DNA of 62,048 nt, filler included, from Anaerolineae bacterium (GCA_029262755.1; 6 parts of 6 records of this genome joined end to end with filler, not necessarily neighbours in it), one strand, 5' to 3'. Counted from the whole stretch's first letter, positions 49,229-60,070 are shown. Numbers and translations are program-made. The notes: generated from the letters alone by a model not told the origin.

Positions 49229-50155
49229 ATGGAACTCGATCGGCCAAACGCCGAAAGGAAGTCCGTGATTCGAAGACTAGCCTCAAGCGTTTTCGGGTTC
49301 GCTTTTAAGACTTTAGAGCGTCTCGGCCTTCACCTAACTCCAGTGCATTTTTATCAGCCGATTCCCTTAGTTGCGGCGCTTCCCGACTCACTGTGGAATC
49401 AGATTAACAACGTTTATGGGGTTGATCTTAGCCTAGAGGATCAGGTACATCTACTAGATAAATTTGACAGGTTCCGCCCTTCATACGAAGGCTTGCCGAG
49501 GCAAAGAGTGCCGTGGCGGCAGTTCTATTTAAATAATGGCAAGTTCGAAAGCGTCGACGCTGAGATTCTTGTCTGCATGATCATGTATTTGCGGCCGAAG
49601 CGCATTATCGAGGTTGGAGCGGGTTTTTCAACGATCTTAATGGCCGAAACAATAGAATCGTTAGCCCTTGAGGATCCAGAGTATGAGTGCACGCTTATCG
49701 CTATCGAGCCGTACCTTAGCGACGAGTTTAGAAGCGCACTTCCAGCCTTCGTTGAGGTGGTCGAGAAGCCCGTCGAAAGCATCCCCCTCGAGATGTTTGC
49801 CGGTCTCGACGTAAACGACATTCTGTTTATCGACTCTTCGCATGTGTTGAAGATTGGCGGAGATGTTCAGTACGAGATCTTGCAAGTAGTTCCTAGTATT
49901 GCTAAGGGCGTTTTTATTCATTTCCATGACATCTTTATTCCAGAGGAGTATCCAAAACATTGGGTCAAAGACCGACGCCTATTCTTCTCTGAACAGTATC
50001 TCTTGCAGGCTTTCCTGGCGTTCAACGATTCGTTTGAGGTCGTGTGGGCCGGTTCAGCAATGCGCCACAAGTTCCCTGAACACTTGACTGCCTCGTTTAA
50101 GTCATTTGATAGCGGAGTGAGGCCAGGCAGTTTTTGGATACGCCGAATTAAGTAA
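49229..50155 (+). CDS. Class I SAM-dependent methyltransferase (Methyltransf_24-like)
   Basis: HFYQPIP, RIIEVGAGFST, IEPY, DILFIDSSHV, HFHDIFIPEEYP and GSFW. Confidence 0.88.
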   Translation: MELDRPNAERKSVIRRLASSVFGFAFKTLERLGLHLTPVHFYQPIPLVAALPDSLWNQINNVYGVDLSLEDQVHLLDKFDRFRPSYEGLPRQRVPWRQFYLNNGKFESVDAEILVCMIMYLRPKRIIEVGAGFSTILMAETIESLALEDPEYECTLIAIEPYLSDEFRSALPAFVEVVEKPVESIPLEMFAGLDVNDILFIDSSHVLKIGGDVQYEILQVVPSIAKGVFIHFHDIFIPEEYPKHWVKDRRLFFSEQYLLQAFLAFNDSFEVVWAGSAMRHKFPEHLTASFKSFDSGVRPGSFWIRRIK

Positions 50156-51295
50156 ATGCGCGTCGGGCGAATTGCGCCGCCAAGGTTTGCCGGAGGCAAG
50201 CGATTGTCGAGAATCATCTATGTTGAGCCGCTAGGCTCTGCCGGAGGAATGGGCGGCTACAATCACGCCCTCGTGAGCGCGCTCGTCCCATTGGTTGAAT
50301 CAATCGAGGTGTATTCGGCAGATACGTCACGGTTGCCTCCGGGCGTCGAATTTCGATTAGCGTTCGTTGCGGCTCTAAACCGCAGTCGACCTCGTTGGAC
50401 CCGTTTCATCGCCTATTCAATAGCGGCGTTGGGGATAGTTGCCAAAGTACGAAAAGGGGATGTAGTTGTCTGGCATTTTCCCCATGCTCCACTGGTTGAT
50501 TGGGTCTGTCTAGCACTTCTTCGCGGCATTGGCCGGACCGTAATCATGATCGCCCATGATCCTGCACCGGTCATAAAGGTTCCGATGGCGTGGGCGTACA
50601 ACCGTGCCTTGGGCGCGTCCACGGCCCTGATAGCACACGGAGAATTCGCCGCATCGACGCTTAAGAATGTGGTCGGAGTGGAGAAAATTCTTCTATCTAG
50701 TCATGGTGACTTTGAGCCCCGTTCAGCCATGGCTAGGGTCAGGGCGGAGAAGGTGCTTGGCACCAACTTGGCGCCGCATGACCCGGTGGTTTCAATTATC
50801 GGAAACCTTAAGCCAGGCAAGGGCACCGATCGAGTCATCGCGTGCCTTCCCTTACTTCGGGCCGGAGGTATTCAATTGCTCTTGGTCGGAAGTCCAGTCG
50901 GCAATGCTGGTTTGGAGCGGCGGCTAGCGCATTTCGGCCAAAGCGCCGGGGTTCATAAGGCGTTCAGGCGCCTGACCATCGACGAGGAGGAAGCGGCATA
51001 TAGTGCGTCCGACGTCGTGCTAGCTGTTTATGAATCCGGATTCTCGTCGGGTGTCATTGCCACCGCCCATGCGTTCGGTAAGCCGGTAGTCCTGACGGAC
51101 GTAGGCGACCTGAAGCGCCAAGCTCTGCCAGGTGACTTCGTATTGAGGCCCGAATGGACCAACTCCGAGCTCCTCGGAGCAATTCAGGTAGTACTCTCGA
51201 GGCCAAGATGCCCAGATTCCGAACGGCTGGAGAGCGGGGACAAGTGGCTAGCCCCATGGCGCCAGCTCGCGGGACTGATTTCGGACGCGGTGTAG
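50156..51295 (+). CDS. GT4-family glycosyltransferase
   Basis: GGMGGY N-terminal loop, GNLKPGKG, ASDVVLAVY, SGVIATAHAFGKPVVLTDVG. Confidence 0.82.
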   Translation: MRVGRIAPPRFAGGKRLSRIIYVEPLGSAGGMGGYNHALVSALVPLVESIEVYSADTSRLPPGVEFRLAFVAALNRSRPRWTRFIAYSIAALGIVAKVRKGDVVVWHFPHAPLVDWVCLALLRGIGRTVIMIAHDPAPVIKVPMAWAYNRALGASTALIAHGEFAASTLKNVVGVEKILLSSHGDFEPRSAMARVRAEKVLGTNLAPHDPVVSIIGNLKPGKGTDRVIACLPLLRAGGIQLLLVGSPVGNAGLERRLAHFGQSAGVHKAFRRLTIDEEEAAYSASDVVLAVYESGFSSGVIATAHAFGKPVVLTDVGDLKRQALPGDFVLRPEWTNSELLGAIQVVLSRPRCPDSERLESGDKWLAPWRQLAGLISDAV

Positions 51296-51306
51296 ATAAA
51301 GTTCGA

Positions 51307-52257
51307 CTATGGAATCTCGAGTGGTCCCCTTCTTTCAAAGTCTCCTTTCACTCCGTCCCACAGGCCTCCGAGAAGAGACGTTGCGAGTTGAACGGTTCCG
51401 TGGTCCCAGGTGAGGAAAATCCTCACAAGGTCCCTGGTAGCGAGAGGGATGGTCATAAGCATCGCGGTCATCTTACGAGCGCCCGTTTCGAACCTGCGAA
51501 TATAGAGCAACCGATTGCGAGCATTGTAGTAATAGTAGGTCCGCGACAGGCCTCCGCCCGAACCGGCGCTCGATGTCCCTTGGGCGTGCAGAAGACGGGC
51601 TTCTGGGACAACCTCGGTCGTTCGTCCAGCAGCAAGGAGCCTTTCCGAGAACTCGATGTCCTCCCAATAGAGGAAGAATTGCTCATCTAAGAATCCGACT
51701 TCCCTCAGCGTCGCACTGCGAACCAGAAGGCTGCAGCCAGTTGCGAAACGGGTTGTATTGCCGGCTCTTGCAACCTGCCGATGGCGGGTGACGTGGCTCG
51801 GTCTGCCGAGCCACGGATTGAAGCTGCCGCCCCCGTAGTAAAGCTCATCCGGCGCTGACGCATTCAGAATAAGGGGCACGAAGGCGCTTGCTGAGGACTT
51901 CCGGGCTGCACTGAGGAGGTGATGCAGGCATCCCTCATGAACGAGGCAGTCATTGTTAAGAAACCAGACGAAGTCAACATCATTTACTGCAGTCTTAGCG
52001 CCAACGTTAGCACCGGAAGCGAACCCACCGTTTTCCGTCAGTTGAATGAGGTCGAGATCTCGATTTATTAGAGGGGACAGATTCTGGATCGAGGAGTCCT
52101 TAGAACCATTGTCGACGATTATTACCCGATCCGGGGACCGATCTCCCGCTCTTAGGGAGGCAACGCAGGCAGTTGTTTCTTCCCAGTTTTGCCAGTTGAC
52201 GAGGACTACGGCTACCGTCGCCGGCGAAACTCCATCCTTGCGATCAACCGTTGACAT
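51307..52257 (-). CDS. GT2-family glycosyltransferase
   Basis: VVLVNW, IVDNGS, NGGFASGANVG, WFLNND, GCSLL, FFLYWEDIEF and YYYNARN. Confidence 0.92.
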   Translation of the reverse strand: MSTVDRKDGVSPATVAVVLVNWQNWEETTACVASLRAGDRSPDRVIIVDNGSKDSSIQNLSPLINRDLDLIQLTENGGFASGANVGAKTAVNDVDFVWFLNNDCLVHEGCLHHLLSAARKSSASAFVPLILNASAPDELYYGGGSFNPWLGRPSHVTRHRQVARAGNTTRFATGCSLLVRSATLREVGFLDEQFFLYWEDIEFSERLLAAGRTTEVVPEARLLHAQGTSSAGSGGGLSRTYYYYNARNRLLYIRRFETGARKMTAMLMTIPLATRDLVRIFLTWDHGTVQLATSLLGGLWDGVKGDFERRGPLEIP

Positions 52258-52297
52258 TGGGACTCCTCCTGCAAAATAGCCTTAGATTGTTGAGGAT

Positions 52298-53341
52298 CTA
52301 GGGCGGTGTGCATCCGTCATTGTGGGGGGGAGTGAATTGACTGATAAGCCCGGGTGTTTGAGGTGCGACGACAGCGCTGCTGGGGAGATTCAGCGGCAAC
52401 CTATAGTATGCGGCAATTGCCCCTCCTGCTCGCCACCGGGCTGCCAAGAGTTCAGTGCATAGCGCGACCGGGACGAGGAAGGCGCCGACTAGAACGCGAG
52501 GTAGATCAGCGAATTTGGGCCGAATTGTGCGCTTAAGTACGCGAAACGGATATCCAGAGGGGAGTCCAAGCCTGGACAGGGCCGCCATCCACATACCGGC
52601 TGGACCGTGTTCCCAAGACAAGTAATGTACGCGTTCAACGGTCAGGCTGAGGTCGCGTCCCAAGGTGCGCAAACCTTGCTCACTAAAATGTGTGCGATGG
52701 CGCGGAACGTCCCAGTGCCACCAATTCGTGCCAGCAAGGCGCGCTTGCCATGATGTCGCCAGCGGGACAGCAACGAGAATGCCACCCCCTGGTTTCAGCC
52801 AACTGGAGATTCTGATTAGTGCCGCGCGCGGGTCCTCAACATGCTCAAGCACATGCCAGAGGACCGCTGCATCTAGGTCGGAGTTCTTGTAGTCCTCAAG
52901 ACTCACCTGACTTACCGGTAGGCCGCGGGCAATTGCTTGGCTTGAAGAGCGCAACCCGGGTTCGATGCCGAAAGCGTTCCAGCCAGCTGAGCGTAGCGCA
53001 ATGATTAGCCGACCGCTCCCGGCTCCAACGTCAATAACCCTACCTCCTGCCGGTATGTTGCTCCGGCGCAGCCACCTCACTACCTGATGATCAAGAACGC
53101 TAAGGATCCTGCGTAGGAGGCGGCTCCCGATCGGATCCTCTTGGGAATAGAGTCCGGATTCGTAAGCGTGAATTGGCGGAGGGTCTCCAGCCGTAGTTAT
53201 GCTCCCGCAGTCGGCGCACCGGCCCAGCCGGAACTCCTGGGATGTGGACGACTCCCAATCCGTAATCGAGGCCCACTCCTCCACTTTGGCCCGGCATACC
53301 CGGCAGAAATCGATATCTCTAGGGCCTTTCGAAGTTGTCAT
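52298..53341 (-). CDS. Class I SAM-dependent methyltransferase with N-terminal CxxC...CxxC
   Basis: CRVC and CADC, VIDVGAGSG, WHVLEHVEDP, LKPGG and DVPRH. Confidence 0.88.
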   Translation of the reverse strand: MTTSKGPRDIDFCRVCRAKVEEWASITDWESSTSQEFRLGRCADCGSITTAGDPPPIHAYESGLYSQEDPIGSRLLRRILSVLDHQVVRWLRRSNIPAGGRVIDVGAGSGRLIIALRSAGWNAFGIEPGLRSSSQAIARGLPVSQVSLEDYKNSDLDAAVLWHVLEHVEDPRAALIRISSWLKPGGGILVAVPLATSWQARLAGTNWWHWDVPRHRTHFSEQGLRTLGRDLSLTVERVHYLSWEHGPAGMWMAALSRLGLPSGYPFRVLKRTIRPKFADLPRVLVGAFLVPVALCTELLAARWRAGGAIAAYYRLPLNLPSSAVVAPQTPGLISQFTPPHNDGCTPP

Positions 53342-53434
53342 AGCCCAAATGTACCAATCACAGTTCGGTGGCGGGAACGCTGCCTGCGTTGACGCGGGGC
53401 TTCACATTATGGTTCGTCGACCCTGGGTGGCGGG

Positions 53435-54532
53435 CTAGCCTCCCGGGGATTCTGATGTAAGAATGGTGGCATAAGATGCACAACATTGGGACCACCGGTA
53501 TCTTTGCTGAACGATCGAGCGAAAGTCGATGGCGCAAGGTCCAATTCTGAATCGTTCGGCAAGCAATTGGGCTAGCCGTTTGGCATCGTGGGGGAAGAGC
53601 ATTGATTCAAGCTCCAAAACCTCTCGGTTGAACTCTGTGTCAAGTGCCAGTGTTGGCGTTCCGCACCCAAGTGCTTGGAGCAGGGCAGGGTTCGTTCCCC
53701 CTACTGAATGACCGTGGACATAAACCTTCGCATGAAACCATAGGTCGTTGAGTAGCTCTTGATCGTCAATATGACCGAGCCACATGAAGTTTGACCGATT
53801 GTTGGTGAGATGACGCAAGCGGGAGGTAATCGGGTTGTCAAAGTTGGCGGACCCGACAACGACGAACCGGAGGTCCGGGAGTAACTCAATCGAATCAAGG
53901 ATAAGGTCGATATTGTTTTCGGGAGCCAGCCGAGCGACAACCAAGCCGTAGGACTCTTGCGTCAGTCCTAGGGATCTTATTCTGTGAAGTGGACGGTTAA
54001 ACACTAAATCTGCGCCGTAGGGGATGAATGTCCCGTCGCGGCCGAAGCTATCGTTCCATATCCTCCCTACCGCACGCGAATCGACGATTATGTCATTTGC
54101 ATGCTTCGCCGTGAGCTCTGCGCCCCGGCGGAATGCCTTCTTACCAAAGGCGCTCCATTTGTCGCGTTCCCACTCGATCCCGTCGACGTTGACGACGACT
54201 CGTGGGACGTGGTGAGTCAAAAGGGGTAGAAAGTATCCGTTGGCCACATTGAGGACCAAGGCCGCATCAATGTCGCGAAACAATAGATCCAACGTCGCAG
54301 TTGCGCCAAATGAGAGGGTAGAAAAGACCTTCTTGTCGAGACCCGGAGTATGTACTTGTCTAACCTGCCCAAGTCGGGATGAGTTCCATTTGAAGGACAA
54401 ACCCGGATCACGACAATAGATCGTTACTTCATGCCCCTCCCGGGCGAGAAATGGGACCAGTTGGCGGACTAGGGTCTCAAATCCCCCGTAGGTCGAGGGA
54501 AAGCCCCTACACCCAAGAATTGCTATGTGCAA
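53435..54532 (-). CDS. GT4 glycosyltransferase with DUF1972-like N-terminus
   Basis: IAILGCRGFPSTYGGFET, NVDGIEWERDKW, VARLAPENN and HGHSVGGTNPALLQAL. Confidence 0.9.
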   Translation of the reverse strand: MHIAILGCRGFPSTYGGFETLVRQLVPFLAREGHEVTIYCRDPGLSFKWNSSRLGQVRQVHTPGLDKKVFSTLSFGATATLDLLFRDIDAALVLNVANGYFLPLLTHHVPRVVVNVDGIEWERDKWSAFGKKAFRRGAELTAKHANDIIVDSRAVGRIWNDSFGRDGTFIPYGADLVFNRPLHRIRSLGLTQESYGLVVARLAPENNIDLILDSIELLPDLRFVVVGSANFDNPITSRLRHLTNNRSNFMWLGHIDDQELLNDLWFHAKVYVHGHSVGGTNPALLQALGCGTPTLALDTEFNREVLELESMLFPHDAKRLAQLLAERFRIGPCAIDFRSIVQQRYRWSQCCASYATILTSESPGG

Positions 54533-54979
54533 GATTCCTCCAACTTTTCGAACGAAACGTGAGCCATTTGATCAACATCGGCCCTCAGGCAGAATGCCGC
54601 GGCACTATGTGCCACTCGCCCTCGCGATAGCCGCCCGGAATAGCAACGAGCGCTCGATTGTCCCCGCGACTCCCGCAAACGTTGAGCGCTGAGTTGCCTA
54701 GGTACTTGCTTTCGTAACCCAATAAACCGACTTCGCTAAAAAGGAGTTCAACCGCGCTGTTGGCAATGATACCCATCTTGTACGGTACGAAGATCCCTTT
54801 CTTGGGCCGACACCGGGGTTGGTCAGGCGCGCCCCAACCATGTCTGGACCTTTTTTGGCAGTTCCTCAGTTACAGGTTCAAGAGTGGCTGGAAGGTTAGC
54901 CCAACTTTCGTTTAGGCTCTCGAAAATAAGGATTCCCAGAATATGGTGCTGTGGTGAACTAGCCGAAAGAGGCCAGCCA

Positions 54980-55865
54980 TTGAATTTAGCGCTTCGAGAA
55001 AACCTGAACGCCCTAAGTCGCCGCCGCTGGATTGTACTAGGTACATTGTTCGGCTGCGTTCTGGCATCCATGCTCGTTACGCTTCGCATGACCCCGGTAT
55101 ATGAGGGCATTGCCCGGGTGGAGATGCGCCCGGTGGCACCCAGTGGTGAATACGGAGTATTGGAACGCCTGCTCGATCCGGCCTGGGCACGGACCCAGGT
55201 GGAGTTGATTGCCAGCGGTGTCGTTCTTGACCGCATCGCCGAGCAACTTGGATTGGTTGATACCGAAGAGCTTGCCGAATCTCTGACTGTCACGATGGTT
55301 CCCGACAGCCAAATCGTGGACATTTCGGTGGAACGCCCTTCGCCCGTTCAGGCGGCCGAGTGGGCCAATGCCGTGGCTCAGTCCTTTTTGGAGTACCGCA
55401 GGGATCAGGCCATTGAGAACGCCCATGAGGCCAGCCAGCAAGTAGCCCGACGGGTTCAATTGGTGGAGGAAGAACTTGCGACGTTTGGTGCCGGAACGGA
55501 CGACGCCCCCTCCCGAAGCAGTCTGCAGGCGCAACTGGCTTCCTTACACGCTCAACTAATACAGATACCCGATGTCCAAGCCATCAGCCAAGGCGGTGGC
55601 AACGTCATTACTCCAGCAGAAGCGGGGGACGACCCTGTGCGGCCAAACCCGACCACAAACCTATTGGTGGCTGGTCTTTTGGGGGTCATGATGGGGCTGA
55701 CCGTCGCCTTTGTGAGTGAGCATTTGGACGACAAGCTGAACTCGCCTGATGAGATTGAGACCAAGGTCTCCGCTCCCGCCCTGGGCTACGTTCCATTGAT
55801 TAAGCATTGGGCGGGAAATGGCCTGCGGGAGTTGGCGGACGACAAGTCGTTGTCGGCCCCGGCAG
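54980..55865 (+). CDS. Polysaccharide co-polymerase (Wzz/Wzc-like), 3'-truncated
   Basis: TM1 after LSRRRWI, PVYEG, TQVELIAS, coiled coil, PVRPNP, TM2, then EHLDDKL...LGYVP. Confidence 0.85.
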
Positions 55866-55965
55866 NNNNNNNNNNNNNNNNNNNNNNNNNNNNNNNNNNN
55901 NNNNNNNNNTTAATTAATTAANNNNNNNNNNNNNNNNNNNNNNNNNNNNNNNNNNNNNNNNNNNN
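55866..55965. other. Artificial contig linker
   Basis: N-run, TTAATTAATTAA, N-run. Confidence 0.99.
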
Positions 55966-56323
55966 GTCCCGATCCCACTGCGTCGCCCGAGCCACCGCCC
56001 AACGCAACGCCCGATCCGCAGCGCCCGATCACGGTCGGGCTGGTTTGGCGCCCGGGCAAGCAGATCTACTTGCCGATGGTGAAGCGTGAGTTCGTGCCGC
56101 AACTCCTGTCGCGTGGTGGGGGCTGAGCACGACGCAAAGGCAATCGGAATCCGCATTCGGGCGCGCGTCGGCGCGGTCGCTGCGTCCGTAGAAACGAAGC
56201 GAGAACGGGGGCGGCCGGGTGGCAGCCATTACCGTACCGCGCCGCCGATGTCTATAATCGCGGCGTTTGATGGTACCCGCCCCTCACCTCCGCGCCGGCG
56301 TTTCCGGCGCCCGGGAGCCTACG

Positions 56324-59092
56324 ATGAACCTGCGCCGCGCAACGGCCGCCAGCTGCCTCATTCTGCTCGCTTTGACCCTTGGTTCCGGTACGGTCGAGGC
56401 GGCTCCGCCGGCACAGGATCCCGACCTATGGGAGCGCGCCAACTGGTGGACGCACGCGGGCGGTGACGAGATCATCACGCTCACCGTGCATCCGGAGGAT
56501 GGTCGTCTTTTAGCAGGCACGGACGGTGGCGGGCTGATCGTGTGGGAACAGGACGGTGGCTTTGAGCAGGTCGTGTTCCCCAACGCCGCGCAGTTTCAGG
56601 CGAGCACCGTGTACGACATTGCGGTCGATCCGGTCACCGGCGACGTATGGCTGGCCACTGACTACGGTGTGGCCTTTGGCCAAGGCGCGTCCGGGGCACC
56701 TCCGAGCACGTGGGATTGGTCGACCACCATCAACGAGTTTGTCGACGTCGGCGAAGATGTACTTGGTGTTGAGCGGCTCGGCGACGACGCGATGCCCGGT
56801 TCTCGCGTCTTCAGCGCCGTGGCCGTCGGAGCCGATGGACGCGTCTATGCCGGGACACCGGCCTCCGGTCTGGCCATCCGTGAGACGGACGGCTCGTGGC
56901 GCTTCGTGGACGTCGATGCCTATCTCGGGGATCCGCTCGAAGCACGGGAAGGGCCCGCGGACGAGCACGTCGCCGACATCGCGGTGCTGCGTCACGAGAC
57001 GGATCCGGCCGCGAACGAAGTATGGCTGGTGCATGGGCGCGAGAACGGCACGGACGCCGCGATCTCGCGCTATCTGCCCGCTACGGACGAATGGTTTCAC
57101 ACGCCGGGTCAAGGCGTCGGTGGTGATCCATCCCTCGGGCCGACCGACTTCCGCATTTTGGACATTGCTGTTGACGGTGACACGGCGCAGGTTTGGCTCG
57201 GCACCTGGAATCAGGGCGCGTTTCGCTACGATCCGATCGAGGAGATCTGGAACCAATACCCTCGTGCTCAGAACGGCCTGTGCTCGAGCCGGAGCGGGTT
57301 GTGGTCTGTGGACGCCGCCGGGGGCGAGGCATGGGTGGCCTGTGGCCAGACGAGCGGCCGGCTCGGGTACGGCGTAGCCCATTTCGACGGCACGGGTTGG
57401 ACGACTTATGGGAGCGAGCTTGGTCTGCCGAGCGACATCGTCAGTGCTGTCGCGATCGGCAGTGAAGGTCGTGTGTTTCTCGGCAACGACAACTACGATG
57501 GTGGCGGCGCTCCTGGCGGATTCGGCATTATCGAATTCGAGCCGGGCGGAACGCCGAAGCGGATGAGCACGTCCGTCATTTTGCCCGACGTGAACGAGCT
57601 CACGTCCCTGGCTTTCGACCCGCAGGGCCGATTGTGGGTCGGAACCGCAGGCGCAGGCTTGATGCGCCGAGAAGCGGACCTCACGTGGAGCCGAATGACG
57701 CGCGGCGGCACAAACTTGGCTCTGCTCGGGGACTCGATCACCGATTTCTTGATCCGAGGTGATGAGCTGTGGGTGTCCTCTACAGAGACGATTTACGACT
57801 CCGGTTCCGGTCGCTATATCGATGGCGGGGTCAGCCGCTACGACCTCCAGACGGACACGTGGTTGGAGCCGATCCAACCGGCCGACAATCCCGCAGACGG
57901 CTTGCCCGATGGGCAGATCAGCGCCATGGCCGCTGCGGATGACGGCGGCGTGTGGTTTGGGTTCGGATCGACGAATGGTACGGGCTCCTTCGCCGGCCAA
58001 GGTCTCGCGTACTACAACGAGGGTGACCCCGACCTATCCACCGACGATGTTTGGATCTGGTGGGATCCCTCGCTTGTCGACTCGATGGGCGGCCGTACCG
58101 TTCTAGATCTCGCGTACACAAACGGCGAGCTCTGGGCCGCGACAAGCTATGCCCAGGACGAAGAAGGCCAACGTGCCGATGGCGGTGTTTCGCGGCTGAT
58201 CGGCGACCTTTGGGAGCGGTGGCCCGACGGGTTGGACGGCTTCGTCACCTACAGCGAGGATCGCATCACGGGTGACGTGCGCTCGGTGTTTGCTGACAGC
58301 CGTGGCTACGTGTGGGCCGGTGCTTACGATGTCGATCCACAGCAGGTCATCTCGGACAATCCGCTCTACGAGGCTGTGCTCAATCGCTTCGATCCGGTGT
58401 CCGGCGATTGGGAAGTCACGCGATGGCCGGACCAGGGTTGGGTAAGCGACATTGCGGAAGACACGTTCGGCCGTATCTGGGCGGGCACGACGCGTGGCGT
58501 AGCGGGCGAATACTGGCCGGCGGACGGCGTGCGCGACACGGTTACCAGCTCGATCCTCGACGTGGATGCGGCCGAAGACGGCGTATTCGTGTACGTCGAA
58601 CGGGATGGCCTTTGGCAGGCCCTGCGGCCCGTGCAAACGGGGCTCGCGGACGAACAGGTGGAAGACATCGCGATCGACCCGTCCACGGGCTATGTATGGG
58701 TTGCGTATCGCAATCACGGGCTCTCGGAGTTTCAGTCCGGTCAGGTGCTCGGACCGACCCCCACACCGCGGGTGACATCGACGCCGCGACCGACCCAAAC
58801 TCCCTGCCCGGGCGGTGCCTGCCCGAGCGCGACGCCGCGACCATCGCAGACCATCACCCCGACACCGACAATCCCGCCGACCATCGCCCCTGTGCGCACA
58901 CTGCCGCCGGCCCAAATCACCGCCGCGGCGGCCACCCGGCAGGCTACCTCTGCGCCCGGCGTCGATCCCGAGGAACCAGAAGCCCCGCCGGAGGTGCCCG
59001 AACCGGGCACGTGGTTGATCTTTGCGATGGGGCTGTCGGTGCTTGGTGCGTGGATCTGGTGGCGCCGCAATCAACTGGCGATGGTGGGCTAG
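56324..59092 (+). CDS. Secreted acidic double beta-propeller (Reg_prop-like) protein with PT linker and PEP-CTERM-like sorting signal
   Basis: Signal peptide. Many blades (DIAVDPVTGDVWLAT, SLAFDPQGRLWVGT, DIAEDTFGRIWAGT, GLPSDIV). Ends VPEPGTWLIFAMGLSVLGAWIWWRR. Confidence 0.88.
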   Translation: MNLRRATAASCLILLALTLGSGTVEAAPPAQDPDLWERANWWTHAGGDEIITLTVHPEDGRLLAGTDGGGLIVWEQDGGFEQVVFPNAAQFQASTVYDIAVDPVTGDVWLATDYGVAFGQGASGAPPSTWDWSTTINEFVDVGEDVLGVERLGDDAMPGSRVFSAVAVGADGRVYAGTPASGLAIRETDGSWRFVDVDAYLGDPLEAREGPADEHVADIAVLRHETDPAANEVWLVHGRENGTDAAISRYLPATDEWFHTPGQGVGGDPSLGPTDFRILDIAVDGDTAQVWLGTWNQGAFRYDPIEEIWNQYPRAQNGLCSSRSGLWSVDAAGGEAWVACGQTSGRLGYGVAHFDGTGWTTYGSELGLPSDIVSAVAIGSEGRVFLGNDNYDGGGAPGGFGIIEFEPGGTPKRMSTSVILPDVNELTSLAFDPQGRLWVGTAGAGLMRREADLTWSRMTRGGTNLALLGDSITDFLIRGDELWVSSTETIYDSGSGRYIDGGVSRYDLQTDTWLEPIQPADNPADGLPDGQISAMAAADDGGVWFGFGSTNGTGSFAGQGLAYYNEGDPDLSTDDVWIWWDPSLVDSMGGRTVLDLAYTNGELWAATSYAQDEEGQRADGGVSRLIGDLWERWPDGLDGFVTYSEDRITGDVRSVFADSRGYVWAGAYDVDPQQVISDNPLYEAVLNRFDPVSGDWEVTRWPDQGWVSDIAEDTFGRIWAGTTRGVAGEYWPADGVRDTVTSSILDVDAAEDGVFVYVERDGLWQALRPVQTGLADEQVEDIAIDPSTGYVWVAYRNHGLSEFQSGQVLGPTPTPRVTSTPRPTQTPCPGGACPSATPRPSQTITPTPTIPPTIAPVRTLPPAQITAAAATRQATSAPGVDPEEPEAPPEVPEPGTWLIFAMGLSVLGAWIWWRRNQLAMVG

Positions 59093-59140
59093 CCCGCGGG
59101 TCGACGCGACCGGCCGTCGTTCATGGCAATCTTTGCGTGA

Positions 59141-60070
59141 CTAGCGAGCCTCATCTGCGATCGCCGCGCCGATTTGGGGCTCGACGTCAACCGTCGGGTC
59201 TTGGCCTCGATCCACGGGTTCGTCGTTAATCTGTTCCGTATCAGCCGCCGCTTGTTCTTCGGGTCCCGCCATGCGACGGGCGAACAGCAGATAGCCGGTG
59301 TGGGCGGTGAGCCGATCGTCCGGCCGAATACGATCGGGAATCGCCCGGAGAGGCCGAAGCAAGAGCTCGGCAATCTCAACATCGATAAACGGTAGCTCCG
59401 CGAGTCCGGCGGTCACCGCGACCACTTGATTGATCGTTGGCACCAACGTGCCGAAGAAGCCGCCCGGGGCGAGGGCGTCCCACGCCGCGGACAGGAAGTC
59501 CTGCGGCTCGCGAACGTCCAAGAACAGCGCGTCAACGTCGCGCTCGACGAAGCCGTCGGCGATATCGCGTAGGTGAAAGGTCACGGCTTCGTCGAGCCCG
59601 AGCCGATCGATGTTTCGTCGGGCCACTTCCTGATGACGGTCCTTCGCCTCGTAGCTATAGACCTGGCCGCTCGCCGTAACATAGGTCGCGAAGGCGGTTG
59701 TGAGGGCTCCGCTTCCACTACCCGCTTCGATCACGCGCGTTCCGGGTGTGATCGAGAGCTTCAACAGGATGTAGCCGATGTCCTTCGGAAACACGATCTG
59801 TGTCTTGCGTGGCGTGGTGACCAGCACTTCTTCCAGTGAGGGACGTAGCACGACGTAGCGTTCGCCGAGATGGCTGTGTACGGGACATCCCCACGGGCGG
59901 CCGATGATATCGTCGTGCGCCACTTTGCCCTTGTGTGTGTGGAGTTCACCTCCCGCTTCGACTTTGGCGGGAAAGCGATGCCGCCCCCTATCCGACACGA
60001 ACAGGGCGATTTCACCCACCGCGATCACGCGGCGGATCGGTGGAGTTTCGGGGGGGGCTTGGCTGGACAC
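59141..60070 (-). CDS. trmI: tRNA (adenine(58)-N1)-methyltransferase
   Basis: LHTHKG..HDDIIG, RKTQIVFPKD, VIEAGSGSGALT, FLDVREP and HTGYL. GTG start after GAGGAG. Confidence 0.92.
   Translation of the reverse strand: MSSQAPPETPPIRRVIAVGEIALFVSDRGRHRFPAKVEAGGELHTHKGKVAHDDIIGRPWGCPVHSHLGERYVVLRPSLEEVLVTTPRKTQIVFPKDIGYILLKLSITPGTRVIEAGSGSGALTTAFATYVTASGQVYSYEAKDRHQEVARRNIDRLGLDEAVTFHLRDIADGFVERDVDALFLDVREPQDFLSAAWDALAPGGFFGTLVPTINQVVAVTAGLAELPFIDVEIAELLLRPLRAIPDRIRPDDRLTAHTGYLLFARRMAGPEEQAAADTEQINDEPVDRGQDPTVDVEPQIGAAIADEAR

Noticed and set aside
54585..54776. 63-aa ORF between the divergent glycan genes
   Set aside because: No RBS or recognisable motif. It may be a remnant, but that cannot be supported.
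54980..59092. EPS locus adjacent to the PEP-CTERM gene as a linked exosortase/EPS system
   Set aside because: They are separated by an artificial linker and differ in composition, so the adjacency is an artefact.
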